A DNA stretch of 64,000 nucleotides from Pecten maximus (lineage: Eukaryota). The first letter of the stretch is position 1. The number at the start of each line of letters is the position of its first letter. Location: positions 6,014,001 to 6,078,000 of the forward strand of contig NC_047022.1 of NCBI RefSeq assembly GCF_902652985.1. Reading direction: 5' to 3'. Position numbers and translations under genes: made by a program. Below are positions 37,866 through 51,037 of this stretch, piece after piece. Below the pieces are notes generated by a model. It worked only from the letters and a program-made list of their open reading frames with translations. It was not told where the DNA came from and did no database searches.

Positions 37866-40286
37866 ATGTTGCATACAAGCCCAGGAACAATACGGATATA
37901 TGGTTTCCCCTGTATAATGACGTTGTTATTCGTCCTGTTATATATGTACAGGGGAGATATTGGACCATTCATTAACAAAACGGCAAATATATGTTCAAAA
38001 CTTACCAACATCCAAATTATTAAGAGCGCTTTTCGTAGGTATGTACACTTTTTGAACTACTTTATTGTCATTTTTTTTCTTTTTGCATTTTGTACAGGTA
38101 TGCATATTAATTAAAAAGCGACAGCATCCACATGCTGATTGATTGACGCAATAACTGACATAAGGCGCCATGTAATTATATATTGATGTCGTCGTTGTGT
38201 GTTGCTTTTAGTTCTTATTTTCCATCGTTTTATTGATTTCGAGTGAAACCACTGTTTCATTTTGCCATGTCTTTAGTGTTATTGTTTCTTTGTTTCTGTA
38301 CGCTCAGTAAGCCATATGACGTATTGCTGATTGGCTACATAAGAGGCGGAACTACGTTCACAGGAGAACTGCTTGGATTCAGAAATCAAAGCTTCTATCT
38401 ATATGAGCCGTTACACATGCTGGGAGCATTTACATATTTCAAACAAGGATTGGAATGTAGTTTATTGGACGAGACTTGCGGGTTAGTTGCCTTATTTTAA
38501 TCAATCTAATGAGCACTGCAATGAAATGTTAGTGTTTAGATTTGTATATGTATTTGTCAAGACGATATCCAAGACGCAAATTCCAGGTGGGTTTTTATCT
38601 ATCATCTTTTCAGTAGATTTTAAAACAAATTATAACATTCTTTTTATTTAACAAGACCCATGAGTTTAAAAGTATTTAACTTAATTTAATTGGCACTTTT
38701 TGGCCTCGCCGATCAGTCTAGCGTGTGAGTCGGGACCAATATGTGCATACCATCGAGCTGTCATCCCATGCTGATAATGTTTACCAAATTATAATGAATC
38801 AAACAAATGATAGTCAAAAATGTGATTTCCCAATTTAAACTTTAGTAAACTTTATCCCATTCCCAAGGGAAACCATGAGACCTCAGGGTCATGAAATTTT
38901 GGTAAAGGACATTAAAACCTTTCTATCTGTGAAGGGTATTTGATTATACCATATCTGGGAGTTTAATTCACAATTTTGGTTAAACTTTGACCTATGGAAG
39001 CTTCCTGTCAAATTTACCATTTTTCGAGCGACTTTAACTGGACTTCATACTTCTTAAACACTTATTGTATCTTATTAATGATGAAATGATGATATAGCAT
39101 AAGTAATACACGAGTCAATACCGTAGAATTTGTTTTGGATAAACTTATATATTGACGGGTTAAAATGATTTTGAGCTAAGTTATTGTTTATGAAAAAAAT
39201 GATACACGGAGACATCTGAATTGGGTCACGTGGTGGTAGTGACTTGAGACAACCCATCGTTCTGTGAGTGGTGGCCATATGTATTTTAGTAGGACCTTAT
39301 ATTGTATTATGTTACTATTTTTAATGTTTATGAAATGGTTTTAGCATTTACAAAACACGAATGCGGACACTTTAAATGTACATAATTTAGGGAAATCGTA
39401 GATGCATGATAACGCCTGAAAATATTTTGCAACATTTTTGTTTTGTTTTGTTTTTTGTTTGTTTTTGTTTTTATCGAGACCAAATTGTTGACAAGTCTTT
39501 TGTTTTGTGTTCCACAGCAAACACAACAAGACTGATGACCAAATACTGGACATTATCCGAGGGATATACACATGTGACAATCGAAAATACCTGCCCCTTT
39601 TAAGTCCATGGCAAGTTGCTAAATCTATGGAACCTACAAGAATGATTAAGAATTGCAACAAACAAAATAGCAGGATTTGCTTAAGGAAATTTGTAAATCA
39701 GTGCTCAACTAATTTAACAATAGTTAGTAAAGTTCTTAGGACTAGTATCGGATTGGCATCAAAGCTTCTAGCCGAATTACCTCATCTGAAAATAGTTTAT
39801 CTTTTGAGAGATCCAAGAGCTGTGATAAATTCAAGATATAAACTTTCTTGGGTCAAGACTGTGGCAGGTAGCGCACGGTCCCTATGTAACAAAATGAGAA
39901 ATGATTATCAGGAATCCATGAAAACACAAAGAGATTACCCTGGGAGATTATATACAGTTTTTTACGAGGATCTGGCACAAAATCCTATAGAAACATTGAA
40001 AAAAATATACAACTTTGTAGGCTATCAAGTTACTGCAGAGGACAAACTTCTTCTGACCAAAAGGATTGCCTCCCCAACACAAGGGGATCCGGGCAGTACT
40101 CTTAGATATAATTCTACAAAAACTGCAAGGGCTTGGAGACAAAACATCCACCCAAGTGTCTTTGAACAAACCAACAAAGCGTGCTCTGATGTTTATCAGC
40201 TACTTGGGTATCCAGAATTGAAAACTGCGCTTGACCTGAAGAACGAAAAAATTCCTCTCAAACTTGATGAACACCTGGAAATGTAG
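37866..40286 (+). CDS. Golgi type-II membrane carbohydrate sulfotransferase (CHST1/Gal-GlcNAc-6-O-ST-like), copy 1, intact, 371 aa; exons 37866-38038, 38308-38481, 39518-40286
   Basis: Signal anchor IYGFPCIMTLLFVLLYMY; 5'-PSB YIRGGTTFTGELL plus FYLYEPLH; 3'-PB LKIVYLLRDPRAVINSR; YEDLAQNP; GT-AG introns both phase 2; total 1116 nt. Confidence 0.88.
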
Positions 40287-43200
40287 CTGCAGTTTCCTCC
40301 TAGAAGGACGATAAGCAAGTCATTGTTACACGTGTTCAGAGTGTAAGGAATTCTACAAGTATAAGATGCCAAACCGATAATTATATGAACAGTTTTTAGC
40401 TTGTTCAAATTCGTAGTCTTCACCCCCAAGACAGCACCAATTTACTAATCTCACATCAACATTCAAATAATGGAATAGATTTTGGTTAAGGTTTGACTGT
40501 TGAATATATATATTAGCTAAAGAATGATACTTTTCACGTTTTGATACATTTTTTGCATGATGATATTTTCTTTGTCACCACTTCATTTACAGTTAGCGTC
40601 CAAGATATAGATTTAAATATTTTTGATTAGTTTTCAACAATCTTTTCAATTTCCCGATTTTAGACTATTAGTTAATATGTTAATCATTTTTTTCAGTCCT
40701 CTTTCTTTATAATCTTTACAAAATATTTCTCTCTTAATACGTTCAGGTTAAGATTTTTAAATGAAGTTTTAATAATGTCCAATGTCTGCATCATAACTGA
40801 GATTAGAGATGGTTTGGTTTGGTTTATTTTGTTTAACGTCCTATTAACAGCCAGGGTCATTTAAAGCTTACAACGCAAGTTAAAAAAACCTTTCATTTTG
40901 AGATAAAAAAAAAATCTTTATTTTCAGAAGAGGGTTGTCGGGTCAGGTGTGTTTACGATACTCAGCGCATATAGTTGCATGTTAAGCGTTCAATGTTAGA
41001 ATGGGAACCGGTTTGACGGGTACTGCGCTTTTATGGTCACTGGTCCCCAGTCAAGCATCCAAGAAGACTTCAACTAAAATGTCTGCCTCTTGCATGGAAA
41101 CGGTGACCGAAAGATATCTATTTATCACAGGAAACATTTCCAAACCATTTCAAAAATGATATGTCTTTTTTAGTTCAAAGTGAAACCTTTTAACTTGTGT
41201 TGTCAGGAATCGATAAGCATGAGAGATCGAAAAGGGTAAGTTAAGCCAATCACCGAGCAACACTTTAAAAAGGAGCCGCTGGAAAGGGGGAAAACGATGA
41301 TGACTGCCCATGCCCAACAGCACCGAGGGTCACCGAAGGTTGCCAAAGGGATTCAGTCCTCAAGATAGACCCCTGTGTACCAGAGGATCCGGAAGCCACC
41401 TTTCCTTCCAACATATGCTGGGGATTAACCGTCAATGGTAATGTAAGCAGAAAACAAGGGAAATTATCAAGTTTGTACTTTTGGACGTTACAATAGTGAA
41501 CCTTTACAAAATCATAGCAACGAGAAAACAGGAAGTTGACTCCAAGAACATATGCTGAGGAGCAGCCATCAATGCTAATGTAAGCAGGAAACAAAGGAAA
41601 ATATCAAGGTCTTTCTTCAGAACCTTACAATAGTGAACCTCTACAAAATCATTTTAACGAGAAACTGGACTCCAAGTTAGGAAGATATCTATTGACCCAC
41701 TTTCCATATAACAAGGGATAAGTAAAACGACATTGCTGATAACCATAGCAATCTCAGATTAAATGTCTTGTCGCGTTTTTTAACTGTGATAATATTGTTT
41801 ATGTTGCACTGCATATATGATTTAACCAAACACGCTCAACTAACAACGATTCATGTAAGGCTTGAATGTGTCATAAATACATGGTTGTATATGTAAATGT
41901 ATCTATATGCGTAGCCTACGTCCAATAAAACATCAGCAGTCGATATTACAACTATATTGCCGGACCAGTAAATACCTTGCCCTCCGTCAAATATATCGAC
42001 AATGCATCAATAATATCGGGCAATATATATCGATATATGCTACATTGTCAATGTATGAACCGTCTAAAGTCTGATTCGGTTCGAAGACTATGAAGCGAAA
42101 CGAGTAATAAGAACGTGAATGTAAACAAACAATGGCTAAGCTTACAATAAACTCACGTTGGGGCGAAAAATTATCAAAATCTATTCCAGTAACCTTTTTT
42201 GTATTGCAGATGAAAATATGATTAAAGATAGGATCAAATTATTATGTTATATTTCTTAAAAATTGTTATTAAAACATAGAAGAAAACACAACGATGAAAA
42301 GATGCACGGAGATGTCATGGTGGAAATACCTGATAGCATTGACCTTGATGAAACATTCGATATAGGAGATAATGATATACTTGCTTCAATTGAAATAGGA
42401 TGCTTTGCATCGTCCATATTTACCGGTAACATGCCCGAACTGGAGACAGCAGCAATGTCTGACCTACCACAACCGGAGACACCTGGTATGTCATACCCAA
42501 ACTCCAAAGAAACAACAAGAAAATGGATTACATTCTATGTTGATTCTTTATATGAACATACCAAGTAAATACAACAAACGTTTGACTATAAAAACATTAA
42601 GAATACAATATGAAAACATCGTTTCACGTGCTAATTTCACATATTTCATCAGTGGGATATTGATATGCCAGAGAAATAGGCATTGTTTCATTTCCGTAAA
42701 TTGTTTTTTCGTTACAATCTTTTCACATAAAATAAATCTAATTTAATACGAATTATTGTATTTGATGTTATTTGGTGCCTTTTTGTTTTGAGAAAATTGC
42801 GGGAAACTGAAGACGGACACTGTAAACGATGGCATGGTTCATTGGCGGGATCTCCGGCTGTTCCATTAAGTTTTCATCTTTTCGTAGCTATCAAAAGTTA
42901 AAACTCTTTAAAATAAGTATGATGTTTATATTCTTATTTAAAATCACCCTATTGTAAATAAATCAATTGGATGGATTTTTTCATTGCGGCAATAGATAGC
43001 AGTACATATCTTCCGAGGTATAATAACGCCGAAATAAAATCTAGTCAACCCGTATGTAAATCTACTGTAAGTCTCCTGTAGGGCTATGGTGTCGTAAAAG
43101 GAAACTTTATGTGGTGCCTGTAGCACTGCATAAACATCAAAGTAAATTAAATTTTGCTTGTTTCTGTAAGCAAGCAGATAATTGTTTCGACAAGTCACTC

Positions 43201-44787
43201 TATTTTTTATTTTTCCTCCTCAGACTAGAGTATGGAAACAATGGGACACCATGTAATAAAGGAGAGGTTGAAACAGACGCTTTGGTAGATTTTTTTTACT
43301 GCAGTGCGAGACCAAAAGCTAAATGAACATCAAAGATAGGAAAGAACACAAAAAGGAAAACGAAACAGAGCTGTACCACAAAACACCCTTATCAATATAC
43401 GGGGCGCTATTCACAGGCTATTAGCCGATTTAAAGTGGAATATTGACATCGTGAGAGAGAAAGAGTTCAAACTGGCAGCGGCGTGCCAGCTAGATTATTG
43501 CAGGAACGAACAAAACTAGGTCAATCAAAACCAACTCAACACAAGTCTATAATAACACCCGATACTTTGAAAAAAAAAGAAAAGAAAAAAAAAATCTCGG
43601 TCGCTAATCTCGTAATCCTTCGTCCATTTCGTGCGTCTGAAGGGGCCTCGAATTTTATCACCAATTACACATGAAGTCATTTGAATTCCCCAAAGATGAC
43701 ACTGCCGATGCGGTTAATTCAAAATTAAACCTGAAAATTGAGGCCTTGCAAAATGAGCTCGAAATTAGGGACCAAAGGATGAATGACCTAAGAAACAAAA
43801 AGGACGGTCTTAAAATGTATAGTAGGAGAAATGTTATGGCACTCATGAAATAGAGGATGAAAATACAAATAAGATTATTCTGGACAATATTATAAAATTT
43901 TAACCTATTGAAAGTAAATTAAATGTTGCCTGTTTCTGTAAGCAAGCAGATAATTGTTTCGACAAGTCACTCTATCTTTTCTTTTTCCTCCTCAGACTAA
44001 AGTATGGAAATAATGGGACACCATGTAATAAAGGAGAGGCTGACAGAGACGCTTTGGCAGATTCTTTTTTTTTTTGTTTTTTTGTGTGGGACCAAAAGCT
44101 AAATGAACATCAAAGATTGGAAAGAACACCGAAAGAAAAGCGACACAGAGCTGTACTACAAAACACCCTTATCAATATACGGGGCTCTATTTACAGGCTA
44201 TTAGTCGATTTAAAGTAGAATATTGACGTTGTGAGAGACAAAAAGTTTAAATCTGGCAGCGGTGTGTGACAGCTAATAATTTGAATTGGTCCAAAAGTTA
44301 CTTATTATGTAAAAAACAAAGATTTGTTTATTACATCTAGTCAATCATTCTCACAAAATATATAAGCAGGAGTGTCCAAAGGGTCAGTGCTTGGTCTTTT
44401 ATTTGCTGACGAAACATCTATGTCTTGATCGTATGCAACCAACGGAGAAATTGAAACTTGTTTCAATTGATTTATTATGGAAAATTGGTCACAAACGGTT
44501 AATGGAACAAAATGCAGTTTTTTTTTTCAAATAGACGTAAAACTAGTTTGCCTGATATTGAATTTTAAATAACAGGAGAAGATAGAACATGACTCATTAC
44601 TGTAGTTCATGTTATTGCCCTGTTATGCTTAATTACGCTTCCGTTTCGGGTTACACGACTATGAACCAAATTTAGTTTGAATACGAACCGGAGGTGAATG
44701 CGAACAAACAATGCAAGTCACACCTGACTCTCGTTTGGACGAGAAGTTATAGAAAATTTCGCGGTTTTATTTATGTCAGTTGAATTA

Positions 44788-47049
44788 TTAAGAGCGCTTT
44801 TCGTAGGTATGTACACTTTTTGAACTACTTTATTGTCATTTTTTTTCTTTTTGCATTTTGTACAGGTATGCATATTAATTAAAAAGCGACAACATCCACA
44901 TGCTGATTGATTGACGCAATAACTGACATAAGGCGCCATGTAATTATATATTGATGTCGTCGTTGTGTGTTGCTTTTAGTTCTTATTTTCCATCGTTTTA
45001 TTGATTTCGAGTGAAACCACTGTTTCATTTTGCCATGTCTTTAGTGTTATTGTTTCTTTGTTTCTGTACGCTCAGTAAGCCATATGACGTATTGCTGATT
45101 GGCTACATAAGAGGCGGAACTACGTTCACAGGAGAACTGCTTGGATTCAGAAATCAAAGCTTCTATCTATATGAGCCGTTACACATGCTGGGAGCATTTA
45201 CATATTTCAAACAAGGATTGGAATGTAGTTTATTGGACGAGACTTGCGGGTTAGTTGCCTTATTTTAATCAATCTAATGAGCACTGCAATTAAATGTTAG
45301 TGTTTAGATTTGTATATGTATTTGTCAAGACGATATCCAAGACGCAAATTCCAGGTGGGTTTTTATCTATCATCTTTTCAGTAGATTTTAAAACAAATTA
45401 TAACATTCTTTTTATTTAACAAGACCCATGAGTTTAAAAGTATTTAACTTAATTTAATTGGCACTTTTTGGCCTCGCCGATCAGTCTAGCGTGTGAGTCG
45501 GGACCAATATGTGCATACCATCGAGCTGTCATCCCATGCTGATAATGTTTACCAAATTATAATGAATCAAACAAATGATAGTCAAAAATGTGATTTCCCA
45601 ATATAAACTTTAGTAAACTTTATCCCATTCCCAAGGGAAACCATGAGACCTCAGGGTCATGAAATTTTGGTAAAGGACATTAAAACCTTTCTATCTGTGA
45701 AGGGTATTTGATTATACCATATCTGGGAGTTTAATTCACAATGTTGGTTAAACTTTGACCTATGGAAGCTTCCTGTCAAATTTACCATTTTTCGAGCGAC
45801 TTTAACTGGACTTCATACTTCTAAAACACTTATTGTATCTTATTAATGATGAAATGATGATATAGCATAAGTAATACACGAGTCAATACCGTAGAATTTG
45901 TTTTGGATAAACTTATATATTGACGGGTTAAAATGATTTTGAGCTAAGTTATTGTTTTGAAAAAAATGATACACGGAGAAATCTGAATTGGGTCACGTGG
46001 TGGTAGTGACTTGAGACAACCCATCGTTCTGTGAGTGGTGGCCATATGTATTTTAGTAGGACCTTATATTGTATTATGTTACTATTTTTAATGTTTATGA
46101 AATGGTTTTAGCATTTACAAAACACGAATGCGGACACTTTAAATGTACATAATTTAGTGAAAATCGTAGATGCATGATAACGCCTGAAAATATTTTGCAA
46201 CATTTTTGTTTTGTTTTTTGTTTGTTTTTGTTTTTATCGAGACCAAATTGTTGACAAGTCTTTTGTTTTGTGTTCCACAGCAAACACAACAAGACTGATG
46301 ACCAAATACTGGACATTATCCGAGGGATATACACATGTGACAATCGAAAATACCTGCCCCTTTTAAGTCAATGGCAAGTTGCTAAATCTATGGAACCTAC
46401 AAGAATGATTAAGAATTGCAACAAACAAAATAGCAGGATTTGCTTAAGGAAATTTGTAAATCAGTGCTCAACTAATTTAACAATAGTTAGTAAAGTTCTT
46501 AGGACTAGTATCGGATTGGCATCAAAGCTTCTAGCCGAATTACCTCATCTGAAAATAGTTTATCTTTTGAGAGATCCAAGAGCTGTGATAAATTCAAGAT
46601 AAAAACTTTCTTGGGTCAAGACTGTGGCAGGTAGCGCACGGTCCCTATGTAACAAAATGAAAAATGATTATCAGGAATCCATGAAAACACAAAGAGATTA
46701 CCCTGGGAGATTATATACAGTTTTTTACGAGGATCTGGCACAAAATCCTATAGAAACATTGAAAAAAATATACATTTTTGTAGGCTATCAAGTTACTGCA
46801 GAGGACAAACTTCTTCTGACCAAAAGGATTGCCTCCCCAACACAAGGGGATCCGGGCAGTACTCTTAGATATAATTCTACAAAAACTGCAAGGGCTTGGA
46901 GACAAAACATCCACCCAAGTGTCTTTGAACAAACCAACAAAGCGTGCTCTGATGTTTATCAGCTACTTGGGTATCCAGAATTGAAAACTGCGCTTGACCT
47001 GAAGAACGAAAAAATTCCTCTCAAACTTGATGAACACCTGGAAATGTAG
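44788..47049 (+). pseudogene. Sulfotransferase copy 2, pseudogene
   Basis: 505-bp deletion removes the ATG and signal anchor; exon 2 at 45076-45249 intact; exon 3 at 46281-47049 has TAT>TAA at 46600-46602. Confidence 0.88.
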
Positions 47050-50000
47050 CTGCAGTTTCCTCCTAGAAGGACGATAAGCAAGTCATTGTTACACGTGTTC
47101 AGAGTGTAAGGAATTCTACAAGTATAAGATGCCAAACCGATAATTATATGAACAGTTTTTAGCTTGTTCAAATTCGTAGTCTTCACCCCCAAGACAGCAC
47201 CAATTTACTAATCTCACATCAACATTCAAATAATGGAATAGATTTTGGTTACGGTTTGACTGTTGAATATATATATTAGCTAAAGAATGATACTTTTCAC
47301 GTTTTGATACATTTTTTGCATGATGATATTTTCTTTGTCACCACTTCATTTACAGTTAGCGTCCAAGATATAGATTTAAATATTTTTGATTAGTTTTCAA
47401 CAATCTTTTCAATTTCCCGATTTTAGACTATTAGTTAATATGTTAATCATTTTTTTCAGTCCTCTTTCTTTATAATCTTTACAAAATATTTCTCTCTTAA
47501 TACGGTCAGGTTAAGATTTTTAAATGAAGTTTTAATAATGTCCAATCTCTGCATCATAACTGAGATTAGAGATGGTTTGGTTTGGTTTATTTTGTTTAAC
47601 GTCCTATTAACAGCCAGGGTCATTTAAAGCTTACAACGCAAGTTAAAAAAACCTTTCGTTTTGAGATAAATAAAAAATCTTTATTTTCAGAAGCGGGTTG
47701 TCGGGTCAGGTGTGTTTACGATACTCAGCGCATATAGTTGCATGTTAAGCGTTCAATGTTAGAATGGGAACCGGTTTGACGGGTACTGCGCTTTTATGGT
47801 CACTGGTCCCCAGTCAAGCATCCAAGAAGACTTCAACTAAAATGTCTGCCTCTTGCATGGAAACGGTGACCGGAAGATATCTATTTATCACAGGAAACAT
47901 TTCCAAACCATTTCAAAAATGATATGTCTTTTTTAGTTCAAAGTGAAACCTTTTAACTTGTGCTGTCAGGGATCGATAAGCATGAGAGATCGAAAAGGGT
48001 AAGTTAAGCCAATCACCGAGCAACACTTTAAAAAGGAGCCGCTGGAAAGGGGGAAAACGATGATGACTGCCCATGCCCAACAGCACCGAGGGTCACCGAA
48101 GGTTGCCAAAGGGATTCAGTCCTCAAGATAGACCCCTGTGTACCAGAGGATCCGCAAGCCACCTTTCCTTCCAACATATGCTGGGGATTAACCGTCAATG
48201 GTAATGTAAGCAGAAAACAAGGGAAATTATCAAGTTTGTACTTTTGGACGTTACAATAGTGAACCTTTACAAAATCATAGCAACGAGAAAACCGGAAGTT
48301 GACTCCAAGAACATATGCTGAGGAGCAGCCATCAATGCTAATGTAAGCAGGAAACAAAGGAAAATATCCAGGTCTTTCTTCAGAACCTTACAATAGTGAA
48401 CCTCTACAAAATCATTTTAACGAGAAACTGGACTCCAAGTTAGGAAGATATCTATTGACCCACTTTCCATATAACAAGGGATAAGTAAAACGACATTGCT
48501 GATAACCATAGCAATCTCAGATTAAATGTCTTGTCGCGTTTTTTAACTGTGATAATATTGTTTATGTTGGACTGCATATATGATTTAACCAAACACGCTC
48601 AACTAACAACGATTCATGTAAGGCGTGAATGTGTCATAAATACATGGTTGTATATGTAAATGTATCTATATGCGTAGCCTACGTCCAATAAAACATCAGC
48701 AGTCGATATTACAACTATATTGCCGGACCAGTAAATACCTTGCCCTCCGTCAAATATATCGACAATGCATCAATAATATCGGGCAATATATATCGATATA
48801 TGCTACATTGTCAATGTATGAACCGTCTAAAGTCTGATTCGGTTCGAAGACTATGAAGCGAAACGAGTAATAAGAACGTGAATGTAAACAAACAATGGCT
48901 AAGCTTACAATAAACTCACGTTGGGGCGAAAAATTATCAAAATCTATTCCAGTAACCTTTTTTGTATTGCAGATGAAAATATAATTAAAGATAGGATCAA
49001 ATTATTATGTTATATTTCTTAAAAATTGTTATTAAAACATAGAAGAAAACACAACGATGAAAAGATGGACGGAGATGTCATGGTGGAAATACCTGATAGC
49101 ATTGACTTTGATGAAACATTCGATATAGGAGATAATGATATACTTGCTTCAATTGAAATAGGATGCTTTGCATCGTCCATATGTACCGGTAACTTGCCTG
49201 AACTGGAGACAGCAGCAATGTCTGACCTACCACAACCGGAGACACCTGGTATGTCATACCCAAACTCTAAAGAAACAACAAGAAAATGGATTACATTCTA
49301 TGTTGATTCTTTATATGAACATACCAAGTAAATACAACAAACGTTTGACTATAAAAACATTAAGAATACAATATGAAAACATCGTTTCACGTGCTAATTT
49401 CACATATTTCATCAGTGGGATATTGATATGCCAGAGAAATAGGCATTGTTTCATTTCCGTAAATTGTTTTTTCGTTACAATCTTTTCACATAAAATAAAT
49501 CTAATTTAATACGAATTATTGTATTTGATGTTATTTGGTGCCTTTTTGTTTTGAGAAAATTGCGGGAAACTGAAGACGGACACTGTAAACGATGGCATGG
49601 TTCATTGGCGGGATCTCCGGCTGTTCCATTAAGTTTTCATCTTTTCGTAGCTATCAAAAGTTAAAACTCTTTAAAATAAGTATGATGTTTATATTCTTAT
49701 TTAAAATCACCCTATTGTAAATAAATCGATTGAATGGATTTTTTCATTCCGGCAATAGATAGCAGTACATATCTTCCGAGGTATAATAACGCCGAAATAA
49801 AATCTAGTCAACCCGTATGTAAATCTACTGTAAGTCTCCTGTAGGGCTATGGTGTCGTAAAAGGAAACTTTATGTGGTGCCTGTAGCACTGCATAAACAT
49901 CAAAGTAAATTAAATTTTGCTTGTTTCTGTAAGCAAGCAGATAATTGTTTCGACAAGTCACTCTATTTTTTCTTTTTCCTCCTCAGACTAGAGTATGGAA

Positions 50001-50826
50001 ACAATGGGACACCATGTAATAAAGGAGAGGTTGAAACAGACGCTTTGGTAGATTTTTTTACTGCAGTGCGAGACCAAAAGCTAAATGAACATCAAAGATA
50101 GGAAAGAACACAAAAAGGAAAACGAAACAGAGCTGTACCACAAAACACCCTTATCAATATACGGGGCGCTATTCACAGGCTATTAGCCGATTTAAAGTGG
50201 AATATTGACATCGTGAGAGAGAAAGAGTTCAAAACTGGCAGCGGCGTGCCAGCTAGATTATTGCAGGAACGAACAAAACTAGGTCAATCAAAACCAACTC
50301 AACACAAGTCTATAATAACACCCGATACTTTGAAAAAAAAAGAAAGGAAAAAAAAATCTCGGTCGCTAATCTCGTAATCCTTCGTCCATTTCGTGCGTCT
50401 GAAGGGGCCTCGAATTTTATCACCAATTACACATGAAGTCATTTGAATTCCCCAAAGATGACACTGCCGATGCGGTAAATTCAAAATTAAACCTGAAAAT
50501 TGAGGCCTTGCAAAATGAGCTCGAAATTAGGGACCAAAGGATGAATGACCTAAGAAACAAAAAGGACGGTCTTAAAATGTATAGTAGGAGAAATGTTATG
50601 GCACTCATGAAATAGAGGATGAAAATACAAATAAGATTATTCTGGACAATATTATAAAATTTTAACCTATTGAAAGTAAATTAAATGTTGCCTGTTTCTG
50701 TAAGCAAGCAGATAATTGTTTCGACAAGTCACTCTATCTTTTCTTTTTCCTCCTCAGACTAAAGTATGGAAATAATGGGACACCATGTAATAAAGGAGAG
50801 GTTGACACAGACGCTTTGGCAGATTC

Positions 50827-50860
<34 letters not shown>

Positions 50861-51037
50861 TGTGAGACCAAAAGCTAAATGAACATCAAAGATTGGAAAG
50901 AACACCGAAAGAAAAGCGACACAGAGCTGTACTACAAAACACCCTTATCAATATACGGGGCTCTATTTACAGGCTATTAGTCGATTTAAAGTAGAATATT
51001 GACGTTGTGAGAGACAAAAAGTTTAAATCTGGCAGCG

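Noticed and set aside
38243-38307. Hydrophobic 'signal peptide' at the start of ORF 38243 (and 45011, 59002)
   Set aside because: It is the intron polypyrimidine tract read in frame from a GTG; the real anchor is in exon 37866-38038
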